From the NCBI GenBank assembly GCA_965637545.1, contig OZ281494.1, positions 682,001-746,000 of the forward strand: a stretch of DNA of 64,000 bases, written 5' to 3'. The translations under genes and the position numbers were made by a program. Positions 1 through 12,900 of the stretch are shown in pieces. The first letter of the stretch is position 1. The number at the start of each line of letters is the position of its first letter. The DNA comes from Phallusia mammillata. Its lineage: Eukaryota. The notes below the pieces were generated by a model. It saw only the letters and a list, made by a program, of their open reading frames with translations, did not search any database and was not told where the DNA came from.

Positions 1-3000
1 CCTGTCATGTACAATAAAATATTCGCATTTTTGAAATAAATACCTTTAATTGATATTTTGTTTCAAAACTTAAGTTTCCAATTGTAGTCGATCCATCTAA
101 ATACGGTGTTGTATGTCTTTCGTTCAGGACCAAAACATGGATTTCAACCTAAGTACAACACATTTCTCAAACTATAAAAAATTAACCTGCTTTGGATAAA
201 TGTTACCACTGCACTGAGATTATGTTTATTAATGAATTGATCAAGCCCAGTCCATCTGACCACCACAGTTGAAGCGTTGCATGCATCTCTCTTCACTGTA
301 GCTTTGACTAAAAGTGAAATAATAAGTTTCATTAAAATGCAGCGACGGTTTTGCACTGCATGTTAAACTTGGTTTTATTGCTGTGCAGCAAAGGGAATAT
401 ACAAAACCTATCTCTGTCAATTTTCCCACAGCATTTACTCGGTCATGAGATTTCTAACCTGTGACTTGGTTATATTTGTTATTTGTCAACAATCACTGAC
501 GAGACAAACGATTTATTTGGGTCACGAAATAAATCATAACACAGAGATATAGAAGTAATATAGCCATGACAGTAAGCCGCCATTGCAGATTTTTTCGGGC
601 TTGATGCGGGCCGGATTTCACATTCTGTGTTTGTAATTTTCATCGAAAATGTTACCTAGCTATTAGTAACTTAGTAAATTGAAGCTTTCAGTACACCTCA
701 ATCAATCTGTGTTGATTATGATTATCTGTAACTTGAATCTGTATTGAGCGCACGTTGGTTCAGGACGATTTCTGTAAAAGCACAGTTTATACTAGCTATT
801 AGCAGTTAGTTGCTGGAGTTAACCTACTTCCAAACGGTGCCACTACTCTGAAGTTAGGGTGAAAAAAATGTCTTAATGATCAATAGCCTTTTGATAGAGC
901 TGCGGTTGATAACTGACGCATGATCAAATGTCGTATGACAGCGGGTGATGAAATTTCGAGTGTGAATAAACCGTGCTAAAAAAACCGAAACCGTCCTGTT
1001 TAAGGCATTGTCTATTTTTACCCATCATGAATGCCTTCTCTATTGTTCTTTCTAGCCTTACTTATTTTAGGTTTTCATGGTATGAATCTGTCAATCAATC
1101 TATCCGACACCAGCAAAACTTTTCAAATAAAAAACTGGGTACCTCAGGGCTCCGTACTGGCCCCTACACTATTCAACGTATACATCAGAGACATGTCTAA
1201 AACCAAATGTCTTAAATTCGGCTATGCGGATGACTGGGCACTAAGTTTTAAGGAAATTGTCTAACAAGGATTCAAAACCAACTCACAGCTAATCTCACCA
1301 CTCTCCGGGAATACTTCACGACATGGTATCTACAAATGAATACCACTAAAACAGTAACAACTCTTTTCCATTTGGACAATCATCGCGCAAACCAACAACT
1401 CAATATTATAATTGATGGAAAGCAACTGCCCACGGACCCCAATCCGAAGTATCTTGGAATAACATTAGACAGAACTTTAAATTATAGAGAACATTTGCAG
1501 AAACTATCCAACAAGATAAAAACTAAAAACTCACTGATCAACAAACTAGCAGCCACTAGATGGGGAGCAAGTCAATCAGTCCTCAGAACATCTGCCTTAG
1601 CTCTGTGTTACAGCTCTGCAGAATACTGTGCTTCAACATTGGAGCGTAGTACTCACACTAAAAAATTGGACATCCAACTGAACAGAACAATGCAAGTAAT
1701 TTCAGGAACTCTAAAATCCACCCCTATCACATGGCTACCAACAATGAGTGCAATACCTCCCCCACACTTACGACGCAGAGCATCAGCCATGAAGATGATA
1801 CAGAATCTTCAAACACTTCCAGAGGAAATTACCCTCACCAAGATTATAAGACAAGCACCAAAAACACGTAGACTAAAATCCAGGCATCCAATCTACAACT
1901 TAGAGACTGACAACACTTTCGATATGACTGAAGAATGGAAACAATATTGGTTTAATAACATGCCCGCTGGAGGAGAGCTAGTAGACGACCCAACAACTCC
2001 ACTGCCAGGTTTCGACTTAGCACATAGATGTCACTGGGTAGCAGCGAACCGACAGCGATCAAAACATGCTCGCACTGCCCACATGCTTCAACACTGGGGC
2101 GAAAGAACGAATTCGGAATACCCACACTGTGGAGCGGATAAGCAAGATACAGACCATCTTGTCCTAAAATGCCCCACAACCAAGTTACAAGGTGGATATC
2201 GGACAGTACATGAATGCGATACAGCATTCAGCGACTGGTTTCAAAATATATCCGATCACATCTAAGTTTTTTGAGACGTGGAAATCATACGACAATATAT
2301 ATATCAATCTAGCGGGTTTCAACCGCCTTTTCACAACCAATTCGGCTTCGGACTTAAATTTTTGGGTTACGTGTCAAAGGTCTGGGCCTCTTACAGCTAT
2401 GTGGCCTCAAATGTAGGTAAACTGCAGGGAAAACAACTTTACAAACCGTGGCTTGTAATTGAATGCATACGATATTCAATTTGTAAATCATATTATTAAT
2501 TGAGCTAGATTCAAGCCAACCAATTTGCCACATTACTCACGTTTCACTTGACAAGCATAGTAAGCCACTTCCCCTCTGCAGTTCATGCTTGACTGCTCCC
2601 ATCCGATCCCATAATGCAACGCTCCCTGCTGGCAGGTTGTAACGTTGGAAACAGGAAAGTTTGCCGGAGATCCATCACTCCAATACCAACCATTCAACGA
2701 GGCGTTGTAACGAGTTCCAATAATGACATTTATATCTTTAAACACAAAATTTGCAACAGATTTTACTATTGTAAAGAAATATCGCTTATATTTTGTGTTT
2801 AACTATCAACAGAAACTAACTTGGTGTTAGGAATGATCCTTTGGTTTTTGTAAATTTTTTATATGACTTTTTCACACTTCGCAGTTTGTATGCATTTCGT
2901 CCACCAAAATAAATAAAAATTTTCTTTTGGCGTTTTCTGGTATTGTCAGCAAATAATGTATAGCGTGACGTCCACCCTACAAACCGAAATTCAATAAAAA

Positions 3001-4167
3001 AGTGGATTTTAGTAATATGTAAGGTATTCCATCCAGTATTTGTTTGTAAACTATGTTTATTTTGACTTTAACACAAAAACCTCAGTAGGTTAGGTTTCAA
3101 ATGTAACTGCAAATGAGTCTAAACGCTAAAGAATTTTAGGAATAAAACGTAATATATAAATTTACAACTAACTACTCAACACAAACCATTCCAATTCCCT
3201 TTTTTATCCAAGCCTTCACAAGTTTTTCCGACAGTTACTCCCCACTTGTAGTTGGGTTGATTTCTCCAACAATCACAAAAATAGATCGGTTGTCTTCTGT
3301 TTTGCTGATTGCTAAAAAAATATTGTCAATAGTAAACGTAGCAACCTCCAATAACTACGGTTTAGTTAATAATTCAGCCTTCATTTTGTTGTTGACTGTT
3401 AGTGGATAGTTAATGTCAGATGTTATTACCTTTTATACAAGTCAAAATACCACAGATGTCCCAGAGATTTTGTCGTTTTCCAAGTTCCATTTTCAACCGG
3501 ACTTTTCGAGTATTTGTATTGTTGATAATCAGGTTTGTAAAAAACATAAACCCGTTGCAAATCTGAAAAAGAATCTTAAAAATCACATGATATTTGATCA
3601 TAAAAATTCACACAATGAAAAATTCATATGTTTGCTGAATTTGAAACGAAATTATTTTATTTATCTCGTTTTCTTGCTTCATCTTAACCTGTCGTATATT
3701 TGTCTGTCATGAGTTGAGTGAGAGTTGTGTTGATCTGTGGGTCATTAGTCATTGCAAGATTTCCACCCAGCAAAGAACATTTTTTCTGTGCATTGTTTGC
3801 ATGCCTTTCATCGTCAGATAATATCAACACACTGTCCTTCACTGTTTGGAAAGTCTTTCTGCAACCTGTGATATTTATTGGTTTAATTTGACCTGAAAAT
3901 TTTAGTGGCGTGTAAATTTGTTTGTAAGCGATTCTGAATGAATAATGTCTGGCACTTTAGATACAATTGTTACTAAATCCAAGATGAAAGTCACAAAGGT
4001 CAAAAATCGAGGCCCGTTTTCACTTGACAATATCTGGATTTCAAATACAAGAATACAAGTAAAAACAAAAACTTTTCATTATTGGAAACATGGTTGTACT
4101 TACTGTTGATTTGTCCTTTAGAATAATAAACCAATAGCAATATCATAAAAATATTGCTTCCTGTCAT
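1..4167 (-). CDS. Paralog A: 5' part of a multi-exon CTLD-FN3 receptor (probably a receptor PTP); continues off the left edge
   Basis: GT-AG exons in compatible phase: signal peptide 4104-4167 (MTGSNIFMILLLVYYSKGQIN); CTLD exon 1 3689-3865; insert exons 3430-3562, 3187-3311, 2821-2976; CTLD exon 5 2541-2735 (IIGTRY..GWYWSDG..C..GWEQ..C..YACQV); FN3 exons 207-307 and 44-148. The next acceptor falls at position 1. No stops in the visible exons. The cytoplasmic part is not in the window. Confidence 0.85.
1090..2470 (+). mobile_element. 5'-truncated, frameshifted non-LTR retrotransposon (RT C-terminal half plus CCHC-like tail), antisense within an intron of paralog A
   Basis: ORF 1031-1264 has PQGSVLAPTLFN and YADD. 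After a frameshift near 1245-1260, ORF 1336-2265 has PKYLGITLD, RWGA..LRTSALALCYSSAEYC and a degenerate knuckle (YPHCG..DTDHLVLKCP). Ends are approximate. Confidence 0.9.
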
Positions 4168-5299
4168 ATTGCTGACTTTAAGCTAAAAATAAAACTAAAT
4201 CAGTTTGTACATTTCTGCTGGTTTTATTGTTTGTTTGTTTTGTGTGCAAAGTCTTCTTGCAAATACGAACTTCAATTCAATTCAGTAACATAAACGGTTC
4301 TAAGTCGTCCAAGTAGATAAATATAGCCAAAACTTATAAGTCGAACACTGCCCCGGAAAATACGACATAAACATAGGGAACCACTTTCAAATAAAGTAAC
4401 TGATACTGGTCCTATTGTTTCATCTTGCTTGATGGTTTCTTGTCTACTGCGTCCTGTCAAACTCAAACCGCGAACCTATGTGCTTCTGCAAACCGATCCT
4501 CTAACATATCTGTCTGCTCGATGCTGCAATTCTTATTGCATTGTCTTTCATATAAGCTTCTTCCTTATAGTGGCGGGACTGTTTACGTCGAACTCATTTA
4601 TAAGAATGCGGAAGTTTTTTAACTTCGTCTACATTTGTTGAGTAAATATGGGCTTCACACCAAAAGCAGCAGGTATCACAAATCATGTACTGAATTGTTT
4701 TGGATGCTGGGCGCTTAAACTTAGCACTGTTCACCCGTGTTGGTTTCGATTCATTTAAAACATTCACATGTAATCCCACATCTACTTAGTGTGCCCTCAT
4801 ACGTCTTTTGTAAACCGACCGTGCGATAAATTTCGCGCTGTCAAGGTTTTTACTGTGGTTTGATTGTAAGTGAGAAACGTGGTAACTAAAAGCTTAACAC
4901 TGCAAAAACACCATGTCTACTAACCTTTGTGTTTAAACATTACTTACTTAGTCTGACTTTCCATTAAGGCTGCAAATATATTTCCAGGTTCCGGTGCGAC
5001 TACAACAAAACGTAATAGTTAAACAATAGAAATACAGCTCTTTATCGCCACCATACGTTAAAAGCGTCGTCAAACAACACCAGAAAGTTAATCAGTTAGC
5101 AACGTACAACATTAACGCAGTTTGAGAAAACAAAAATAGCTAAAATAGCACAAATTGCTACTGCAGTTAGTAAACTTGACGCGTATATTTGAACATGAGT
5201 ATAAGAATATGTCAGAATCAACCACAGAATTTTCGCTAAAATAAACATGTAAAATTTCACTGCTTAATTACTTCAGTATGTTCAAAGTAACAGGCAATA

Positions 5300-5712
5300 A
5301 AAAATCTATGTCGCCAGTTTTGTTTAATGCCACAACTGGGCCTGAACCGCAGAGAAAACTCAAATAATACAATCCAGAGAAGGATGGAAGAAATGGCGTT
5401 AGATATAAACGATCGAGTTTTACAGGAGATTAAGTCTGCTACATTTGGCTTATTTTCGATTCTACTGGATGAATCTACTGATGTGGCATCGTGTTCCCAG
5501 TTAATGGTATTTGTTAAGTATGCCCATTCAAACGTATAAAAGAAGAGCTTCTTTTTTGTTCCTGTCTCGAAACAACTACGAAGGCTGTTGACGTATTTGA
5601 AAAGTTTCTTCTTTCTTTGATTCCGAAGATATTTTGTGGAAAAAGTTATGTGGGTGTTGCACAGACGGAGCCCAAGCTATGTTAGGAAGTAAATAAGGAT
5701 TTCAAGCTCATA
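5300..5712 (+). mobile_element. Decayed hAT (Buster/Charlie/ZBED5-like) transposase fragment
   Basis: ORF 5327-5539 has SNNTIQRR, FSILLDESTDVASCSQLMVFVKY. It continues through indels and stops to KEELLFC and CCTDGAQAMLG, the motifs around the first two catalytic Asp of hAT transposases. No TIRs seen. Confidence 0.85.
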
Positions 5713-6778
5713 GTTTCCATCCTGCAAATATTTGTAAGTGATATCCAAGACATGAAATGAAAAAGAGTTTGTATCATCGTTACGAAGTGAAAAACCTGAC
5801 AAACCTAAACCATAAACAGTAGAAAAAAGGTTTTGGTTACAATATACTATTGTGATCCAACAAACGTTACTGAGGTAAGTAGAACACCAACCGTTTCAAT
5901 TTCCTTTGTTGTCTAGGCCTTCACAATTGCTTCCAATGGTCACATTCCACTTTTCCATTCCCCTGTTTTTCCATGTCTCGCAGAAGTAAATTGCTTCCAT
6001 CGTGTTTTAAAGATTCCTGACAAATGTAAGTCGGTCTAATTAATAGTGACAAGTTTGTAATTAACTGTATTTCACCTTTTGTACAAGTCGAAATACCCAG
6101 ATGTCCGTAAGATTTTGTACTTTCCAGAAATCCACTTCAGCCGAATTGTTTGAGTGTTTGCATCGTTCATATGTGACGGGGTCATAAAAAATATAAAACC
6201 GTTGCAAATCTAACGGAAAGTTTCTTTATTTAAATAAGTTTTTTTTTCTATCTAGTTGATTTGCATTGATTAATTTTAAGCGTTTGTTTTGAAAATGTAA
6301 TGTTTTTACAAACCTGTAGTGTATTTGTCTGTTATGAGTTGAGTGAGAGTTGTGTTGATCTGTGGGTCATCAGTTATTGCAAGATTTCCACCCAGCAAAG
6401 AACATTTCTCCTGTGCAGTGTTTGCATCCACAAGATCGTCAAACAATATTAACACACTATCCTTCACTCCTTGAAAAGTTTTGTAAAACCTAGAAAAATT
6501 GTTTTATGTAATAAATTGTTCAACGCATTACCACGCTTGATTTTGGGCAATTGCAGTGCATGTGGCTGAGTAAATTGCAAAAATAGGCAGAATGAAATAG
6601 CCCAACGAACAGATATTAACAGTTTGGTAAGAAAAAGTCGACTTACCTTGGATAGAAACCAAGTAATCAGATATTAACACTTTAAAAAGTAAAACAGACA
6701 CTTACATTTAGTTTGTGCGGTTATAACTTGAACCATCAGGGAAATAACCACAATCGTGCTGATGTAAGGCCAACTCAT
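5710..6778 (-). pseudogene. psiA': pseudogenised 5' half of a CTLD-receptor paralog
   Basis: Signal exon 6706-6778 (MSWPYISTIVVISLMVQVITAQTK). CTLD exon 1 (~6314-6489) has a 1-nt deficit and has lost its first Cys. Insert exon 2 (~6076-6206) has two 1-nt deletions. Insert exon 3 (~5894-6020) has TAA and TGG>TGA stops. Exon 4 is cut after a few codons at the hAT junction (~5712). Confidence 0.85.
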
Positions 6779-8808
6779 CAAGTCTGGTTTGTCACAATTA
6801 ACAAATATACGGTGACTTTCTACCTGTTATTACTATTCGCTGCACATGTAGAAGACAAGCTGTGTTTCAAAGGCTACAATTATAACATAAACTTTGAGTA
6901 CAGAGATTGTGTGTGGGCTTTTCAACCGGTCCTGACATTTTGAAGTGCTGTAATCTGGCTATAGCCAAAACGACCAATATATTGTCACCAGCTGAACCGA
7001 TTTGACTTTCTTTTCTCGCGATGCTGCTTTTCTTACGGACCGAATGAACACAAGTGAACACAAGTGAACTAGACATGTTCTTAAACTATGCAACCAATGC
7101 AAGTTATTTAACAACAGGGTAGCTAAAATGTACTACACTCTGTTTAAAATCTTCCAGACAATGTGCTATGCAAAGCAATATACAACGTCTTCACGCGACA
7201 CTTGCATAGCTCCTCTTATACGTGACTCAACCTTGAATAAACGGGTGATGTGGTCCTTCATGTCACTGATGAGAAATTGCCGAAAACATTAGAACTGTAA
7301 AATATGTCGCTTTTTACGTTTCTTGGTCATTAGAGCGCTACGTCGCAAAGCATGACTCAACGACGCCTGCCTGTATTTCTCTTCCTCCATTTGTTTTTTA
7401 AATTTGTATAAACTGCAGCAACGGCTAACGTAACAACACACTGAGCATGCAAGAGGTGGAAAACGTAATCAATCCGATCTACTAGCAATTTCCGCGAGGT
7501 AAGCTTAGGTACTGAATCTGACGCACTGTGGTTCATCTCCGTTATTGTGAGTGCATGTAAACGCTATGGAGAAATTCCTAGTCAGAAATGCTTACTCGAT
7601 GATTATAGTCAACCTGGCAAAATCCCATTGCACATAGCATTTTTTTTCAACACTAAATTTTTAGGCTTTGCTTAGATCACATTCGTTGAAAGTAAATGTA
7701 ACTGTACTTTTCCTTCTACCCTTTCTAGTGTTGTGTATTATCCTGTGCCTTCCTTTTTGTAACTTTGAATTTTGCATTTAAATTTAACAACTAAACACGG
7801 TATACAAGATAATTAATGCCTCACCTGTTCGCTTTATACAATAAGTTAAGCATTGACTTATAGCCTGTTACTTACAACAAACTGGATGGCTGCACTGGCC
7901 AAAACGGCCTTCTCGTCACCATCTGCACTGATAAGATTTTATTGGTTGAAACATTGTGCACTGTCTGCAGCTTGAAACCACTTCTGTTTTCTAAATCAAG
8001 TAACTTTTTCAATAAAACATCGGTTGCTATTTCATCACTGAGGTTGCTACCTCGTATCACGTTAAGTTAAATAAATTGCAGTGCTTTTGGCACAAATAAT
8101 CGGAACATATGGCAAAATTATATTTTCAATTCACTTCATTTATTTCGTTCACGCTCAGTAAGTAATCAGTTATGTACATTCAAATAACAACGACGCAAAC
8201 AAAAATGGATCAGCTGGAGCCACTAGTGGCCATTGCAAGTAGCTGACCCTATCGGGAACGGACCAAGAAGACTAAACATTCTTGCAACAGTTGTCATCAT
8301 ATTCTTGCTAGCTCTGTCCAGACATGCTATCTGGTGGTTAATAAAGCCCATTAACGTACATGTCGTATGAAAAATTATTTAAATTTTAAAAGAAAAACGT
8401 TTATCTTTTTCAATGAATGAAGTCGATGTGCGTTTTAACTGTTGGAAAAATTTGTTTTTTTAAGCAGATTTTGCAATGATGGATGGTTCGTGCCGCGCAA
8501 AGCAGGAAAAGACGCGGCAATCGTTTGCAATGGTTTGTTTCTGTTTCGTCTTTCCCCAGATTATTCGAATCTTTCCGTAGAGTATATTGGACATCAGATA
8601 TATTTGAACAAGCGAGAAGTACAAAGGGGTATAATAAAGCAGAGTTTTGTTACATATTATTAAATTTCATATGGGCAGCAAATAAAATGTCGTTTAGTTA
8701 ACTGCGTTATTGTACATTCTCATTAAACATCTTTTTCGTTTCGAGTAACAGATTAACAAAATATTCACCTGGTTTCAACCCATTGACTTTAGAATCTAAA
8801 GTTTAGAC

Positions 8809-9154
8809 CAGTGGTTCCCAACCTTTCGTGGACCGTGGCCCCCTTAAAGTAACGTTTTGGCATCATGGCCCCCTTCAAGTTACCATGTAGGACCTGTGGC
8901 CCCCTTAAAATGCAGATAGCAATCTCGCGTTGGAATGCGGTATAAAATTTTGGCCCTAAACAGGTCTAATAGAGTAAATGAGCATGATAAACCTCACTAC
9001 AAACAAATAGTATGTAAAATAATCCATTAAATTCAGGATAAAGTTAAAGTGAAATTGACTTTTAGTGGGTGTTTCTCAATCTACGCCCGTGGCCCCCCAG
9101 AACACAGCTTGTGCCCCCCCCTGGGGGGCCATGGGCCCTGGTTGGGAACCACTG
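8809..9154. mobile_element. hAT-type MITE (346 bp)
   Basis: TIRs CAGTGGTTCCCAAC...GTTGGGAACCACTG; perfect 8-bp TSD GTTTAGAC at 8801-8808 and 9155-9162; GGCCCCC subterminal repeats; non-coding. Confidence 0.92.
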
Positions 9155-9967
9155 GTTTAGACCTATGTGTCTGGCATTTGGATTTTTCAAACTATGTTTT
9201 TTTGTAAACTTTGGCCTAAAGATATCGCTTATTCCACATACGAAAACTAATGTTTCTGATGTCAAGATTGATTACTGAAACAAAAGTTACATTTCATTAA
9301 CTACAATTTTTATTTTTTATGTGAAATTCACGCATTAGTTTTTGAACAACTTGGATATTTATTTGTAAAAATTCACGAAAAGAGCAAAGACATTAAATCG
9401 TCGCAATAACCTGTGATGGTAAAACATGTATTAGAAAATAACAAGGAATTAAAAAAAAATAGGAAACAAAAAATCATTCACAGCTACAAAGCCCGTATAG
9501 CGCAAAAAAGTTGCATTGTGAAATAACGTTACATTAGCTGTTACAAAAATACACATTTTTTTTCGTTTTTTACAACAAATATTACACAACTATATCACAG
9601 AATAACGATAAAGATTGGATAAATATGCGAAGTAATTTCACTAACAATTGGGTTTGGGCCGGAGTTCGGATTATTCATTTCTGGTTCAGGTTTTAGGTCT
9701 CTGCTTCGGGTTTGCTTGCAATTTTTTTTGTCACAATTTTTTTTATCAAGTTTTTACTAAGGAGGCCTGGAAACCCTGACCAATGATCTGTTCCTATAAA
9801 GAGCGTAAAAGAGGCCAACAAAAAACAATTTGAGGGTCTTGACAATTACTGTCGATAAAGAGCAAAAACGAAGTTGCAAATATGGTTGGACGGCAGTTGC
9901 TTGAGTATAATTAAACCCGTTAGAAACTGAAGATATTTTTAATCTTTAATTCGATTTGATGCTTAGC

Positions 9968-12900
9968 TCACTTGAAGTTTGAATAAGTGTCGAAATCAGA
10001 CAGATACTGCAAGACGACTGAGTAGCAGTATTTGTACAGTTCCTGTAACAAAATGTATTCAATATTATGGGAAAAGTTTTAATATTTCAATCCAGAACAT
10101 TAAATAAACACAGAATTTAATCTTGCTTGTTCAGAAGTCAGAAATATGAGACCAACTTTCAGTATTCCTATTTGCTTTATTACATAAAACATTACCTTGT
10201 TGTCGACCATATTCGGTCTCATATCTCTCAGGTCTTTCACAGTTCGGAATACATCCACCCGCTTTTGTGCCTTCAAACGTTCGAGAATGTTCACCAGAGC
10301 GATGAAGGTCCCAGTTCTTGTTGATCCGTTACTGCAAATAAATCAAGTTGATTGGATTCGGTATTTTGAAAGTTTATACCAGAAAAAAACGGCTCTAGAA
10401 AAAAAAAAACGTTTTTGGATAATGTCAAAGGTGTCTAAATTGATATTGTTTGCAAGACTTTTTAACTTGAGGCATAAAGCAGTTTGGGAATGATAAAGTC
10501 GTTTACTTAACCGAAATCAAATGTACATTTCAGGTAGTTTGGTTTTAGAATTGATGCTGATATGCAGAAATATTGTTTACCTGCATCCCACCAACACACA
10601 CTGGCAAATCTGTTTTGCATTTAGTCGTTGCATTTCCTCGATAATTTTAATGAAGTCCATTTCTTTCGGGGGTCGTTTCACGTCACTCCATCCCTTGACT
10701 TGCAGAAGCATCAATTGCTGGGGAGCCTAAAATACGGAGTACAAAGATTCAATCGGAATAATATTGTACAAGAGATTTGAGATTCTATTATATTATCTAA
10801 TCTAACAAAACATAGCAACAAGGCTGCTTACAAACGCCTTGGTTGCAGACCAGACGTTGGCAGTGATCAGATTGTGAAGTTTATTCTCATTCACATCACG
10901 AACCGATACCGAAATGTCTTCGTATTGTAAAGCTGCATTGATTGGAATCTGAAAACGATGTTGTTTTAGTCAATGTTTAGTCAAACATTTTTACGCTGCT
11001 TTTTAGGTTTACTTGAATGCTGTTGTCCAAATCAACGACAAGTGAAGCTCCTCTGTCCACGATCATCTTCCAAAAGTTTTCTTCTTCTCCTGGAGCAGGA
11101 TTTCTTGCTGCGACAAAGAATTCTGAAGACCCTTGTTCCTGTATGTTGTCAAAACAAAGAAAGAGCATTTTTGGAAACGAGTAAATGTATTTTAACTACT
11201 TTAAAAAACAACAACAAACATTTACACTGAGAATGTAAATTTTATTCTGACCTGGATATAGGAAGCATCCAGCTGTTCAATGCTTTGGCTTTTATTGTCC
11301 AAAACTTTCACCGCCGTGTTCTTGTCTGAAAAATAACATGACCTGTAATTCGTGAGTAAGTAAAATATTGTCATCCATTTGTTTACATGTTCTGAGCTGT
11401 GGGTGGTTTTCCTGCCATTCTTCCCCAAATCTCCACGATGACAACGTGTTGAATTCTTTGTTTTGCATTTGCTGGCTATACAAGTTAAACCATTGGCTAA
11501 TTAGTGAATTACCACAACAACTCCTATACGAGTTTGACAGTTTATATTACCAACATGTATGCATTAATTCACTTCGTTGCTATAAAATTGCTTACAAATC
11601 ACTTGAAGTCATAGACGGGAGTTGAGTTACATCTTTATCTGTTTCCTCCAAACATTCGCGCTCCATGAGCAGTTTGTAGACAAACATGTATTGTTTCTAT
11701 AAATACACAAAGTTGGTAAGTGATGGGTATTTAATATCCAGTGTGTTGGCTGAAGTTGATTTACTTATTGTAAGGGTTCATTTCTGAGACTTACCGAATT
11801 TTGAATCATGTCGATTCGGTTCTCTCTCATTTTCAGAACGGATCTTGGCACGTCAACTGATCCCTTGTCGTCAAATTCATGAAACAAACTGTCCATCGCT
11901 ATGTAAGTACCTGTGCGTCCCACTCCAGCACTGCATACATATGTGTAGTTGATTGATCAAAACAACATAGGGTTTGTCAAGCCTTTACCTGCAGTGCACA
12001 ATGATTGGAGCATTTGTGTTTTGCAAATCATCGACCATGTTACGTAGGTGGATCATGTTGGATGTAGTTACTGGAATCCCATGATCGGGCCAAGTTGTAA
12101 ACTGCAACTGTGTTATGGTTCGTTGTTCCTAGGGATAAAACTCGCGTGATCATGTGATTAAGTTTCCTTCATGAAATTTTGCATGACAAAACCCTAATGA
12201 TAATCAAGATACTTAGAAAAGTAGGTTTGTTTTCGTTAATGCTACAAAAACTCAAGAAAATATTGTGTAACTTTCTACCTGCTATTGTTGTTGTCCAATC
12301 TCATGCCAGTTTTATTTTGCATGAAAACTTTATACGATACCGTTTGAGTATAACAAATATCTGTTAGACATTCACTTTTTTAAACAAGTTTACACATACC
12401 TTGGTTGAAGACAAAACGAACTGTCGTTGAACGATGCCACCGATGGTTACTTCATGTTGTGTTCGAACTTCCAAATTCGACATCTTAAGTTCGGATTCAT
12501 TATCAGGCCAATACTGTTCACACTTTGACTGCATGTAAAACACGTTGAAGAAGGGATAACTGTTTCTGAGTTTGAATACATTCAAACCCGACATTTTTAA
12601 CACGAAAGCAATGCCGATAGTTACCTTTCCGTTTTCCACCAAGCCAGTAAGCATTACGATGATGTTGGAGTTTTCCTGCCAAACCATCAACCAGAAATCG
12701 TTGATTGTCTCCTTCTTCGGACCCTGAGTGGCGATGAACTTCCTCTCGTTATCGTAACCCGGTATATAAGCGGCGTTGATGTAATCGTTTCCACCGCTTC
12801 CTTGCAAAACCACTCGAGCATGATCGTCTATTGAACAAACACAAGTCAAATCGACAAAATAACCTTTTCCCCGCAATTTTGATGAATGGGAAAAATCAGC

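Noticed and set aside
6532-6679. Two mini-exons (33 and 34 nt) that would restore the frame of psiA' exon 1
   Set aside because: They need a 42-nt intron, and downstream exons carry two more frameshifts and two stops, so a simple pseudogene is more parsimonious.
7872-8060. P-element-like transposase remnant (LKKLLDLENRSGFKL)
   Set aside because: Similarity is too short and there are no supporting motifs.
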